Part shown: positions 1 to 13,297 of the stretch, piece after piece
Layout: each line of letters opens with the position of its first letter
How positions within the stretch are numbered: the first letter of the stretch is position 1
Assembly: GCA_010093815.1 (NCBI GenBank)
Contig: ML996575.1
Reading direction: 5' to 3' (one strand)
DNA: 64,000 nucleotides
Source: Pseudovirgaria hyperparasitica
Taxonomy: Eukaryota
Made by a program: the position numbers and the translations under genes
The notes under the pieces: generated by a model
Databases searched by the model: none
Told to the model about the DNA's origin: nothing
Seen by the model: only the letters and a program-made list of their open reading frames with translations

Positions 1-680
1 TTGTCCGTTTCGAGATTATGCGGCATCTCAAGGGCAGATGGATGCGTCTGAGAGGCTCCTTTGTGGGAAGTCGCGATAGTGGGCTGAGGAAGACTGATTC
101 CCAGAACGGAATCTGCAAAGGGGTCGACGTAGGTTCGAGGGATATGTCGCATGTGACGCTCATCTTCTTGGGATGCTATGGAGCTAGGATGGCCGTGAGC
201 AGTCGGTCTTCCAATGGACGATGGTTTTCTTCGGAGTCTGGCCGATCGTGGACTATCGACCTCTGACAAAGATGAGCCGGATATAAGAGACGGAGTTCTT
301 GTGCTTGCAATACCGTCGTATCGCACTGAACGACCCCCTACACTGGGCGCAACAGGTCGAGGATGTGTGGCCAAGGGGATATGTGTTGAAGGTGGTGCCA
401 GCTGATCGTTCCTGTTCATCGGCCTCTCCGTATGCTGTGGTTGCTGCGCTCTGTTTCTCGGCGTTCCCAGATGTTTACTAGGGGTCGGCTGTCCGTTCTC
501 GTTGTCTCTTGTGGGTCTCTTCTTGAGAAGCTTCGCTGTTGGAGGTGCAGTGCCGGGCTTTGAGTAGGTCGTCGAAGCGGTTGATCGCGGAGGCAATCGA
601 GTAGAAGGACGTCGCTGGGCGGGAGGAGCTTGAAGTTCCGGTCCCGACGGCAGGACTGTGTGCGACTTGTGTGATGCCAT
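1..680 (-). CDS. Hypothetical Ser/Pro/Arg-rich protein, 5' portion (runs off the left edge of the window)
   Basis: Manual translation: ATG at 680 (aagATGG context) opens a stop-free frame to position 1 (MASHKSHTVLPSGPELQAPP...RTPSLISGSSLSEVDSPRSARLRRKPSSIG...). It is absent from the ORF track because it has no stop in the window. Confidence 0.6.
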   Translation of the reverse strand, partial: MASHKSHTVLPSGPELQAPPAQRRPSTRLPPRSTASTTYSKPGTAPPTAKLLKKRPTRDNENGQPTPSKHLGTPRNRAQQPQHTERPMNRNDQLAPPSTHIPLATHPRPVAPSVGGRSVRYDGIASTRTPSLISGSSLSEVDSPRSARLRRKPSSIGRPTAHGHPSSIASQEDERHMRHIPRTYVDPFADSVLGISLPQPTIATSHKGASQTHPSALEMPHNLETD

Positions 681-3600
681 CTTGAATACCTATCCGGTAC
701 TACAGTGGCAAGGGGCGCTGGGTGGCCAGGCGCGGTTTGACAAGAATCTGTGTAGCCGAGGGGACTCATGAAGGCGTGGGTGCGACGAGGGTACTACTAT
801 GAGCTGTGGTCCATCCAGGACTTTGGCAGACGATATGGTCCAGGTATACAGCCAAACATCCAGAGATTATGCCGACGGAAGACGTCTCGGGTAATTCCCA
901 CGCCAGCAAAGACAATTCAGAGGCGGTCCGAAGCGTGCGGGCGGCGGCGGCAACGTAGTCAGTAAGTCTGATTTAAGCGCCGGGGGTTATATATGGACGA
1001 GTATTAGGGCGCTGATGTCAGATCCGAGACTTGTAGTCGGGGTAGGATGGAAGAATGATAGAAGGCCGTAACTGTAAATATGTCTGTGTGTTATAAGTTA
1101 GCGGGGGGGATAAGGCAGATAAGAAAGAGTGGTAGAGCGGTGGAGGCCGGATTGCGGGACCCCAGAGCTTAGGGACGGATCGCAGTGTATATTCCCCAAA
1201 TAAAGGCGCTCGAGCTGCGGCCGTTGCCCCACCAAGCGTGATAGGATGGATGACTTTTTAGGTAAACTTACCTGATGAGGAACAGGGACAGGGCTTGTAG
1301 TTGCCAGCGTATCTCAGTGTAGTGCGATGCGACGGCGCCTCCGACCGACAGACGAATAGACAGACACAGTGACAAGACTTGATTGACGTGCCAGGGCTTG
1401 GAAGCTGTGGCTCAGCCTCACTAGGTACTGGTACTGGTACTGCCTCTGGTTCGCGGTGCGTGGGTTATATGCAGCTTGCCAGCCAACGAAAATCTCTGTC
1501 AATTACCAATGCTCTTTTCGAGAAAACGCTCTCTGCTCCGTGCGTCGTCGTATTGTCTTGTCGACGATCCGGAGCTGTCACGAGGAGGAAACCTTTTTGG
1601 ATGATGGACTGGCCATTCGACGACCCGTACACGTTATTCGCTCCAGGTACTCAGGCGATTGCAAATGGAGCGTCGAATAAGTGTATGTGTACACTGTCGA
1701 GACCATGTGGATATGCGGCGAAAAACAGTCGGTGCTGCTACAATGTTTGTGTCGTGCTCGAGAGGGCGCCAGCGACAGGTATAAAGGGCTGGAAGCTAGC
1801 AGACGGAGCGACAGTGATGATGACTGGAGCGGCACCATCTCCCGCCATGACTCTGCTCGAGGATAGTTGGAACAAGCGTAACACGACAGGAAGACGCATG
1901 GTTGGCGGTTCAAGGACAGAGTAGGATGCAAGAAAACGGCGAGTGGGGATGTTGTGGTGTCCAGTGAATGCAGAGAAATGAAGCTACAAGCTGTGATTGG
2001 CTGGAGAAGCGGGGGCCAAGTTTAGCCGTGTTTATGCCGCTAATTCCAGTCCCGCAACACCACAGGCCTTTTTCTATATTCTTCCGCCTCTCCACCGTCT
2101 CCACTACTCCAACGCCTCCATGGGTGTATCTATAAGTGCTCAATCCTGATGAAAAACTACATGAGCTGATCTACGAGTCAGTACGCATTCTTCAACTGTG
2201 CCCTCATCTCGTTACGCCCAAGTATGATCCTGAAGGCTCTGATGCAAGTCCTCTCGTGCGGGAACGGCGTCTATAACTGGACGCGATTGGAGACTGCTGA
2301 TCTGCAGTATGCTACAGGACGGACGTCACATGCTCTTGATTCTCTGATGCGATCGCGCTGTTCTGATTTAGACCAACATGGCTCCCTGGCCAGTCCAACC
2401 GCGCTCATGTAGTCGCGCAGACCGCCATTCTTTGCGCAGGGTACAATCAGTTTGAACACCACCATGCTCCAGATGCCTGTACATTGCAAGATAGTCCCAG
2501 TAACCTCTGGGTTGTATGTCAGGATGGGCAAATCGGAAGTACCGTGCTCGTCCAGCTGAGGCCAGCGTCTTAGCTGCATGGTTGAGGCTCTAGCTGTGGC
2601 GAAGTCGCTGGCTCTCACGCCACACTTGACAACGCATACTTCAATGACATACACTCGTTATTCATCGTTGCAAATTTCTTGAAGCTCGAGCTCGTTCTAA
2701 TTGCTTTGCAGAGACTTCGATTCCATCTCCGACATGAGGCCCAGGGTTCAAAAATAAAACCCATTCCATTGCGTAAAGATTAGACACCCTTGCCCCCGCT
2801 CCGGCCTGGCTTCAGGCCTTTTCGTGTCTTGGCCGACTTCTGTATCATGATTCGTTGTCTGCGCGTGCAATGAAAGAACTTCACGCAGCAGATATCTGTC
2901 ACGTGTTTCTATATCCACCAATGGGACGCGTATAACACCATCTGCTCCTTGTGCGCGCTACCATTGTGTTTGAGGGTCCACTTCAGACTTCAGCGTTCTC
3001 GATTCCACCAGTCTAGCATGAGATGAAGATTTTTCGCATCCTGCTCAACTCTGGTTCGGACCGTTGCCAGAGATTACACCCGCGTTTGGCGTCCAGAATG
3101 GAGATCAGAAAGGCCCGGCACGAGAGACGGAAGCTATACTATTCCTGCTGAACCGACCATACGAATCGAAGTGGTAAGCACACGTTGAAATTAGTGGTAT
3201 TTATTCTCAGTCTGTCACAGCACGGCCCTGCTGACTTACGTTGAGACTGGGCGCTTACGCTGCATGCTATCGCGTCTTGGATCTTGACTGACCTATCTTT
3301 GAGGCCCCGGCTGAACCTGTCTCCGCGCTGTGTCACCCTTCCGCGTGACTTTGTTGTTGTGGGATGATGTAGCCATATGGAACGACTCATCGTTTGTTGC
3401 ATTTCAGACATATCCATCACATGCTCGACGAAGCTAGACCTTGTGCCGTGACAGCTAGAGTGGAGTAGAAGTGTGCATTCGATGGATCACCTGGGGTAGA
3501 GCCGATGCTCTATACGTCATGAATGTCAGAAGCTATGGTGTTTGAAGCACAGATGGATGGCTTGTTTTGGTAGACAAACACAGAGATATCGAAGGGATTG

Positions 3601-3955
3601 TCCTAATTACTATCAATAGGATGGATCCACTTTTAGAGTCAATAGCTGTGTTTACCCGGACTTCTACCGCGCCTCGTCGCGCACTCAATGGAAAGAACCA
3701 TCACTACAATCATCACCATCGTCGGCCTCCTTTCTTCAACTTTTCTCCAACATCCTTCCATCACTCGCGCAACAATCGCTCTTCAACAGACGTCTTTGCG
3801 CATAACGCGACGACGGCCTCTTCGACTTTCGCTGCAGGTCTGCACGACGTCCAACACTCCCTAACCCATCTTCATTGTTTGTCGCTTACACGCGCGACCT
3901 CCACGTCATACGATCCCACAGACGCGTCTTATCTGACTACAGACCTTCCCACACC

Positions 3956-4768
3956 ATGACGGACTACGCAAAGCTCAAGAACGATGAACTCCAGACTCTG
4001 CTCAAAGAGCGAAGTCTTCCACATACTGGCAAGAAGGCTGAGATGGTAGCGCGCCTTCAAGAAGACGACAAGAAGAAAGCCAGTGTCGCTGCACCCACAC
4101 CCTCCGCGCCTGCAGTGCCAGCTGAAGATGTCATTGACTGGGACGATGACGCTGATGCTCCCGCTGCTACGTCAAAACCCGCTGCTGCTGCCTTGGCTGC
4201 TGGCGGTCAAGGCCAAGTTGCAAACCCACAAGCTGTACCTAATCAAGTTGTCGCTACCGACCCTGCCACAACCGATGATCTCTCAGTCAAGGCTCCCAAT
4301 GGTGCGACAAACACTGATGCTCCAGCTGCCGTTGTGGAAGAGAAGAAGCCTGAGGTTGACTTCTCCCGCGGTCTAGCCGCTACCGACATTGAAGCTGAGA
4401 TTGAGAAGCGCAGGAAACGTGCTGAAAAATTTGGCTTGAAAATTGAAGACGACAAGGATGCACAAGAAGCGATGGCAAAGCTTGAGCGGCTAAAGAAGTT
4501 TGGTGGTGCTGAAGCACCCAAAGGCCTCGACGAGGCTCTGCCCGAACGCCAACGTAAGCGTGGTCGAGATGCGGGCGATGAAGGTAGTCGAGGGGGTTTC
4601 AAGAGACGTGGTGGGGGTCCGCAAGGACGACGAGGCAACAACCCCAGGAGAGGTGGTGACAGAAGAGAAGGCAAACTCGATCGACCTACAGAGGGACGGG
4701 GGAACTGGATGACCAACGCAGACCGTGAAGCTGCCGATCGCCGGAAGGCCAGGTTCGCTGCAGCTTGA
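3956..4768 (+). CDS. THO1: SAP-domain ribonucleoprotein, Tho1/SARNP (CIP29)-like mRNA export factor
   Basis: N-terminal SAP motif (YAKLKNDELQTLLKERSLPHTGKKAEMVARL), repeated R/KxxRF/KFG motifs (KRRKRAEKFG, RLKKFG, RRKARF) and an RGG-rich segment. Single exon. Confidence 0.85.
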   Translation: MTDYAKLKNDELQTLLKERSLPHTGKKAEMVARLQEDDKKKASVAAPTPSAPAVPAEDVIDWDDDADAPAATSKPAAAALAAGGQGQVANPQAVPNQVVATDPATTDDLSVKAPNGATNTDAPAAVVEEKKPEVDFSRGLAATDIEAEIEKRRKRAEKFGLKIEDDKDAQEAMAKLERLKKFGGAEAPKGLDEALPERQRKRGRDAGDEGSRGGFKRRGGGPQGRRGNNPRRGGDRREGKLDRPTEGRGNWMTNADREAADRRKARFAAA

Positions 4769-6664
4769 ACGAACGAAAACTAAAGATTCAATCATTAATT
4801 TCACAAAGTCGACCTTGATGCTTTTCGATATTCGCACACGTCTTGACAGGCGAGACTTCAAGCAGTGATTCTTGGCGTCCGTAGCAGCAGCAGCAGCAGC
4901 AGCAGCACGCGGACTTGTATAACATTTGCTTTCGCCCTTAGTCTTGAGTTTCGGTGCAGGATGTCCGCAGCTCGTATTCAATTACATCTACCGTCGCGGC
5001 GTCGAATTTACCTCCCGTCCACATTAGTCTTGTGATACCCATGATTCATTCTAGCTCCACGATATTCTTTCGCCTCGCATCCCGGCAGGACCTGCCAACA
5101 AGTCAGCCAGCGGTAAAGCATATGGAGCAGCTTTTAACGCGGCTTCACGCCTGAAGTATAAGTCAGATCATGTATGCAATCGGCGTGAGGTCCCGACTCT
5201 GGGCACGTGGTTCCGCCTCCACGGATTAATCTGCTGTTGCTCCGCCATTCGCTTTGTCATTCACTGTGTTCACACAAGTACTGTAGAGCTGTACTCAGGG
5301 ATCTCATCGGCTCACATCCCTGCATGACCATCCGACTAGACGGACCGCGCGCGTTTGATCCGCGACAAGATAGGACGAGCACTCAAATTGCATGCGGAAG
5401 TAGCGGAAGGAGGCTTTGGCGCCGGGGAAGAAGAGCTCGACCGCAAACGGTCTCCAGCGCAAGACTTGCCAATATATCTGATCCGCAACGGATGCTTGAC
5501 GAAGTCAGGAAGCACCGACTTGAGCGAAGCGTCATCAAAATGATTCATTCGTGCTCCCTAAACTCCATCCGTCCATCTAGCTTGCGACTGCCTTGCTCTC
5601 CTTTCCTCACACATCGAACGCCAGAATTGTTGGGCATGAGGGCAAACACACACGCGTACATAGCTGGCCATACTCCGACATGCATAGTCTGTGGGGACGA
5701 TATCTCCGAGACGCGTCTGCACGGAATCATGCTCCAACTAATTAACGTTGATACGTCAATCTATGTGAGGTGAAATTTGGGTTATGCCTCCGGGATCGAA
5801 GGAGAGCCGATCGGTCCCACGCTTAGCCTGTTCAAGCCTAGCCTCATATATATCCTCCGGTTCTCAACATGAACAAACACCAACGAAACGTGAGCTCCTG
5901 AGAAGCGTATTGCTTCATCAACAGATCAACGTGGTGCATTACTCAACCATCGAATGTACACCCCTCCAGGTCGTATACGCTTCCTCGCTATCTCAGCAGC
6001 CGATTCAAATCACCATGCTGTGCTTAATCAATGCGGATACAAAAGCAGAGTCTTCAAATGACAGGTAGGACAGCATAAAGCTGTGCTGATCTTGGCATGC
6101 AGCTTTGACCATTTATGAATATGACAAACGGCGCGAATACATGCTTTTGCTTTTTGACAGCTTCATATCCGCAACCTTCTTTAGTCCGGTCTATCAAGAA
6201 CAATCTAAGAGTCAGACATGACATGTGTGTCAGTCATTTCAGGCCCCAGAGATGCGCGCTTGGCAGCATGATAATCGATAGGCACGGTCATCGGAGCAGT
6301 ATGAGAGACGGCGACTCGCGGATTCTTGCATATAAACTCTCCGATGTCCTGATTCGGATGTTTGGGAGTCAACACTTGACTCTTCTGCGTTGGAGTGGTT
6401 CTGTTTCTGGTGAAGCCGCTCCTTCTTAGTCTCCATGCAGATCTTCGTATTGCTGAGTCCATCCCATTCATGGTACGGTTAGGTTTTCGTGGAAGTGTCA
6501 ACCATGGTAGAGAATATTAGGCGTCCGTGAGTCCGTCTGATGTCAACGTTGAATGGCTGCCATCGAGTGTACATAGGATATGAATGCGCCAGCGCCTCTT
6601 GTTGATACTCTCGTTTCTTATCATCCACGCATTCATTGTGTAGCCCATCATATACAGTCTCACA

Positions 6665-8841
6665 ATGGCTCTTCATACTCTCTTTCTGTGCATTGCTCTG
6701 CTCGTCGTCTACACGCTCTGGAAGCGATACTCAGCCAGGCATAGCATACCACATGGCTTGAAGCCACTTCCAGGCCCGAAAGGTATGCTGAGCAAAGTAC
6801 TATTGCATGTCCTCATCTAAACCGTGTGCCAGGCATTCCATTCCTCGGTGTCGTCCCCCAGGTCCCAGAGAAGAACGCCCATATCAAATTCGCAGACTGG
6901 GGCAAGCAATACGGGCCCATCTACCAGTGCAACCTCGCCGGCACAAACCACGTCTGGATCTCATCCGACCAAATCGCCAAAGACCTCCTCGCAAAGAAAG
7001 GCGCCATCTACTCCGACAGACCACACATCCCCGCCCTCGAATCCGACAACCGCACCAGCGCGCAATACCTCCCCTTACTCTCCAAAAACGGTACCCTCAA
7101 CCCCCTTCCCATCACTCTCCCCCATACACATACATGACTGACACACCACCCACCCAGACGCATGGCTCCGCCAACGCAAATTCGCAACCCACATCATGCG
7201 CGCCTCCGAAGCCGCCTCCTTCCACCACTACCCCGAACTCGAAGCAAAACGCCTCCTCACCGAACTCCTCGACGCGCCCCACGCGTACAACACCGCCCTC
7301 GAATCCTTCGTCGCCCGCGTCACCTGCCGCCTCGCCTGGGGCCACGCCGACGCCGCCGACGAACTCAAGCAGCGCGCCCGCGAGCTCCTCATCGCCGTCT
7401 CGCCCACCGGTGCGCTCGGCAACAGACTCCCCGCCATCATGCGTCTCCCCGCCTGGCTCAGCCCCAGCAAAGCATGGGAGCAGCGCCGCGCACGCACGGA
7501 GCGCGCCTTCTTCACTACCATGCAGCGCACCGTCGAGCACGATATGCGTGCCCCTGACGCGGATGCTGCGCCGCAGAGCTGGATGCGCGCGTTCTTAGAG
7601 GCGCCGAGCAGGTTTGGCTTTGTGGGCGGGGAGGCGGCGGAGGGGGCGTATGCGGTGGGGATGCATGGGATTGCCGGTGCGCTGACGATTGCGGCGCCCA
7701 TGCAGACGTTTTGTCTGGCTATGTGCTGGTATCCGCAGTTTCTGCCGTTGTTGCATGAGGAGCTGGATCGGGTTTGTGGGGAGAGGTTGCCGTGTGCGGG
7801 GGATAGGGCGGAGTTGCCGTTTCTGAGGGCGTGTATACGGGAGTGTTTCCGGTGGAGGCCGCCGGTGCCGACGGGTGAGTGTTTTGGTGGTTTTGTGCAC
7901 GTTCCGGATGGTGGAGTTGGACTGAGACTGACTGGTCGACCAGGTATCCCGCATGCCCTGACGCAAGACGACGAGTATAACGGCTACCATATTCCCGCCG
8001 GCAGCGTCATGCATCCTCTAGAATGGGTATGTCTCTCCTTACCCCTTTCCCTCTCCTCTCCCCAATCCCCCATCTAACAAACCCTCCCCAACAGGCCATA
8101 TCCCGCACACCCTCCCTCTACCCCTCCCCCGAAACCTTCAACCCCCTCCGCTGGCTCGACCCTGCCTCACCAGTCTACCAAGCCCCCCTCACCACCCACC
8201 CCACCATCATCGGTTGCTCGCAATTCGGCTACGGCCGCCGCGTCTGTCAGGGCCAGGCCGTAGCAGACGAAGACCTACTCGTAGGCATCGGCAGCTTGGC
8301 ATGGCTATTCGATATCGGAAGGACCCGGCAGAAAGAGCAGAAACAAGGAGATGGAGACAGACAAGAAAGACAAAAAGGCAAACCAGCACAAGGCAGCAAA
8401 CGAGAGCGCCACGAAGCAGACGACCAAACGCAAAAGCCCAAGAAACTCCGCAAACCCGCCCCGCACCCACGCAACACCCTCATCCGCCCCACCATCTCCG
8501 CCGAAGAACTCCACACCGGCTTCCGCGATTCCTCACCCCCTCATAGCCCTACAACCCCTTCTTCCCCCTTTCCCCAATCCACCCTTCCCTCTCCCCCACT
8601 TCCAGACCACTCCCCAGACCTCGCCCCCCAGACCCTCTCCTTCTCAAAACTCCTCATCGCCAAACCGCTTCCCTTTGACTTCGCGCTCACCGTGCGGAGG
8701 GGATGCGAGAAGAGGGTGGAGATGGTGAGGGGGATGTTTGATGAGTTGAAGGAAAGGGGGGAGTTTGGCGATGAGAGGCGGTTTTGGGGGGGTGAGGAGG
8801 GGAGGGGGGAGAGGTTGGGGTGGGGGGAGGTTTATCTTTGA
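6665..8841 (+). CDS. Cytochrome P450 (5 exons; introns ~6783-6832, ~7091-7157, 7874-7943, 8027-8094)
   Basis: TM anchor plus PLPGPK hinge, YSDRP, ExxR (ECFR), heme motif FGYGRRVCQG. GT-AG introns restore the frame. Confidence 0.9.
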
Positions 8842-11800
8842 GGGTTTATTATTTTTAGAAAAGAAGGAAAAGAGGAGCGGAGGGGTTTGAGTGGATGTAG
8901 AGATTCAGGCGGGAGGGAGAGAGTGTTGGGGGGGGATGGGGAATGATGCTGTGCGTCGTGTGTGGGTTGGTCGGTCGGTGATTTCGTTTGTGTAGCGTTG
9001 ATGTCGATTTGTAGCGTCGATGTCGATGTTTGTATTATTATTATTATTATTATTATTACTACTATTAATAGCACTCGAGCTTCGAGGATATACTATCTAT
9101 ATTGAGACCTGACGACGCCGTGTGAAGTCGGGAAGTCGTCTACTTCGATTTGACGGGAAGCTTTTGGTGCTTAAATCGCTGGTGACGGCTAAGATATGTG
9201 TTTACTACCTACATACTGTATAAACGAAGTGTGTGCTGATGTATGACGAACAAGGTGGTCGAAAACGCCTGGGTTCGTCTGTTTTGCTGGATGAAATCGT
9301 AAATGCACACCTAGACACTTATATATCTTCAAGTCTGCATGGGCGATAGTTGGAGTATAGCGAGGCTTTGGCGTGTATCTGGGTATGATCGTGATTGTTT
9401 GGTGTTTAGCGTCATGGCGTCTCATCGCATCGTGCATACATAGAGGCACATAAAGACGTCTTCTGGTGGATGTGTACTTATACGTTCTTCATTCCTGAAA
9501 TCATATCCTTACAAGCCTCCGAGTAACACGTTGTGTTATCTTCATTCATTCATTCATGCAGGCACCACAGATGCATCATAGTACCATATATTCTTAGACC
9601 GATGACATAGCGGCATGGAAGGGTCTATCCTGATCCAATACTCTATGTTGAGGTTACAGATGGAGATGATATGTGATAGGATGTGTGTGCGTAGCTGGAC
9701 AGGATTTAGGGATACAAGCGGGTTTTGTGTATGCTATATACGGCGTTGAACGGCAGGGCGGACTATGTGGAGGATAAGCTCGTTAGGTTATGAAAGTTTT
9801 TTGAGGGATATATTTTATGTGTGGGAGGGATGGGTAGGGGGTTGGGTGTTTGCTGGGTTTGTATCAAGATAGGCGGTTAGTTTGGATGGTAGAGGTATGC
9901 GTTTTGGTCTAGATGGTGGATATAGGATAGAGGATAGGGGACTGTAGGATAGAGTGTGAGTATTGGATGATAGATCTGATAGATTATGAGATTTTCTTAA
10001 GCTATGGAAGATAGAGTGAATTCAGACTATCACTGTTTTGATAGACTATCTAAGTGGACCTTATACACGACTTCACCTAGCTTTGACACAGTAGAAGAGT
10101 ATTGGTAGATCTGTTATCAGCAATATACGAGGCTGTTTGAGCCGACCTCCAATGATAATAACTCAATTCTAAAGAACTGTAGTACTGGAAGATCTATATA
10201 AGAGCTAGTAAGATATGTATAAATATAAGCTATCCTAGGCTAAAAGTTATAGTCTTATAATCAATTTCAATCCACCTAAGCTAATCGGAAAGATTTGATA
10301 GAAGGTAGAGGATGTCCTGTGTCAAAGTACATCCAAGTACCACCAGGTCCATACCATCCTATTTCTCTTATAAGCTAACACATTCTTCTATCCCGCAAGC
10401 CCCTTTCAGATGATCACCCACTGAAGAAACTGCCAGCTCACGTATCCATGCATTAATACACCGCTAGCTTCTTCAGCGTGTAGAATATGAACAAGGACTT
10501 GATTGATATACTTTGTAATGCAACGCTACGCTACTACAATACACTATATGATACAATATAACCGAGCGGACGAACGAGTAGGGGTAAGATAGTATAAGAT
10601 GCAATACTCCAGACGATGACGATTCACTATCTTGTTGGGACTATGGCTATAATCCTGATACCACATCCCGAATAGTTCCTGGGGGCATGAACTAGGGCAG
10701 GCAGAGATCTAGAGCAGTCACATCACACAAGTCCAACGTGCACTGCAAATCGCATAATGACGACGCTTACTTTCGTATGTAGTACAGAGACAGGCAGCAT
10801 ATGTAGCACAGCCACTCCATCGCACAGCAACTTCATTGCACAGCATAGCACACCACAGCATAAGGCCGGACTCGCAGTTTCTTGCCATGCCTATCTTGCT
10901 TTCCCTCTCTCACACTATGCCAATCTCGCCATGCCAATCTCACCATGCCAAATATCGCCATGCCAACCATTTCCTTCCCGTCTTACCTTCCCTTTCCCAC
11001 CTACTAATGCCCATGTCCATGTCCATATCGATTCCCCTCGGGATATTTTCTCCCATTATTGTCCTCTTGCCTTCTTGCCTTCTTGCCCTCTTTACCCTCC
11101 CCCTCTTCCCCTCCCGCCTTCTGCCCTCTTGCGGTTGTATACCCAAACCTGAACCTAAAACTATACCTAGAAGACGCCGACGCCACCGCCACAGTAGCAC
11201 GGTTGTTATACGACTGTGCGCCACCGTTACACCGCTCTACACATGAACATACAGGTCCACACAGATCCACACACATATATGCACATACATACAGGTCCAC
11301 ATAGATCCACACAGATCTACACACATACATGCGCATACGCACGAACTATATGCCCTTCTCCCCTCAATATCAGATACATCACATTCACCACACACCGCAT
11401 TCAACACACCACATTCCACACAAACACCACATTTCGCACACCGCATTCCACACCGGAAAGCCTGCAATTGCCGTCTTATGCGTGTTGGATTGCCATGTAC
11501 GCACTGCTAGACCCCTCATAATCCCATAGGACGCCACTGAACCCTCGAAATCACATAGCACGCCGCTAGACCCTGGAAAGGTCGTGAACACAGCCCTAGG
11601 AAATCCCATCGTAAACCCCCCCTACCCAGATATCCCTCCTCTACCTAGTACTACGCCCTGATGATGATGATAAGTAATCACCGCCACCACGATCCCGAAT
11701 TCCCAGCATCCCAGCATCCCAGCATCCAGCATCCCAATCTCTTACAGACACAAGATCATCCTGTCCCTTGCCTCGCGTTTGCCCTGCCCCTTTCTTCCCC

Positions 11801-13297
11801 TCCCCTCCCCTTTGTAAGACCCTGTAAGACCCTGGAAAGTCTCCTACCCACCCGAGAGGATTTCGATCCCAAGAGAGGGGAATTCCCAGAAAGCGTTGGT
11901 AATTCCCAGCACGAGCGCACACAGCCCCCCTCCGCCACCCCGCGTCCGAGCCGCTATATCCGAGATCTAGATAGCGGAGATGATTCCGGGTATGTTACTC
12001 GGAGAGGGGAAGGGGGCTTTCATTCTTTGTTCTCGGTCTCTCTTTATTCGCTCCACCTTTCTTCCTCTACTTCTTTCTGTGATCACCTTGAAGTGCGTGT
12101 TTACGTACTGTCTTGCGTTTCGGTCTGGCGATTATAGATAATAATATACCACTAAGGGAGGATTCTGCGGAATGGTACCTACACCTACTCACAGAGAACT
12201 GAATATACCAAAAGTGATAAGCACATATAATATCACATACGACGCAAGAAGGGGTAGGATACATGAATGGCAGGTGGATGGATGGATGAATGAGCGGGTG
12301 TATAGTACAGAGTCAAGGAGTCATGGGATTAACGAGTGGGGCATGGAGAATAGGTATGGATATGCAGAGTTTTTAGCGACGAGGAGTTGATGATGAGGGG
12401 AGTCATATGCAGGTGAATGGGACAGATGAGCGGATCTAGGAACTTCGTGTATGGCAGTTTGTTGTCTGGTGGGAAAGGGCTTGGGAATGCTGTGTGTTGT
12501 AGGACGAGGGAGGCGATGTGGAAGGAATGGAGGGGGAGGGGGAAGGGGAGGGGGATTGGGGCGGTGAGTAGTGAGTAGTGAATGGTAAGATCCGCAGTGT
12601 GATGGGATGCGACGTGAGATGTGGGATGCGAGATGCCAGGTGCAACGAGCTGAGATGTAACGAGACAACCAGCCGTACACCCACACACAACATCAAAAGT
12701 CCAGACCACACCTCGGCCGATTGACCACTCCCACGCAATGGATACACGACATACACGTAGACAGAATACAACCCACATCAAACACACACAGAACCGCACA
12801 GCCACGCACAACGGCATCACATATCCCCGAATCTATCACCCGCCTTCCCCCCATACCTCTATCAAATCAAACAAACCACGCCCCTCAAACGGGAAGCCTA
12901 GATAACATAGCCCGTAAGTTATGCACGTATACATACACAGTTCCGCGCCGCCTTCAAAAACGCTCTTCCGTGTTTTTTTACCCCTCTGTGTCTTGTGTGT
13001 AGATATAGTACGAGTACAGTCGAGGCTAGCTAGCTAGATATCATACAGGCCCGCCATCCATCCATCGGGAGACCTGGTAAATTGCGCCATACACGCGCTC
13101 TGATGATCCCTTCTTCGTCGAGGGGGTCCGTTGATGCATATATCCTCTATACTTCCACCCCCCTCCACCCCCTGTTGAGTAGCCTGTTGGGTGGTAGTAC
13201 AGCATCGTGAAAAAAGCCTCCTCTTCCCCTTCTCCTTTCCCTCAAAAAATGCCGTCTTTTGTATTTTGCTCAAGTAATCAGTCAGTCAGTCAATCAG

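Noticed and set aside
1300..3450. Several 60-180-aa ORFs on both strands, possibly a decayed gene
   Set aside because: No recognisable motifs, and I could not build a consistent spliced model.
4950..6500. Short overlapping ORFs between Tho1 and the P450
   Set aside because: No domain signature or codon bias. A degenerate gene cannot be excluded but cannot be supported.
9900..10600. AT/TA-rich patch resembling an old RIPped repeat
   Set aside because: No termini, TSD or transposon protein motif could be recognised.
10757..13000. Many ORFs rich in H/T/P or V/C
   Set aside because: Translations of CA/GT-rich low-complexity intergenic sequence.
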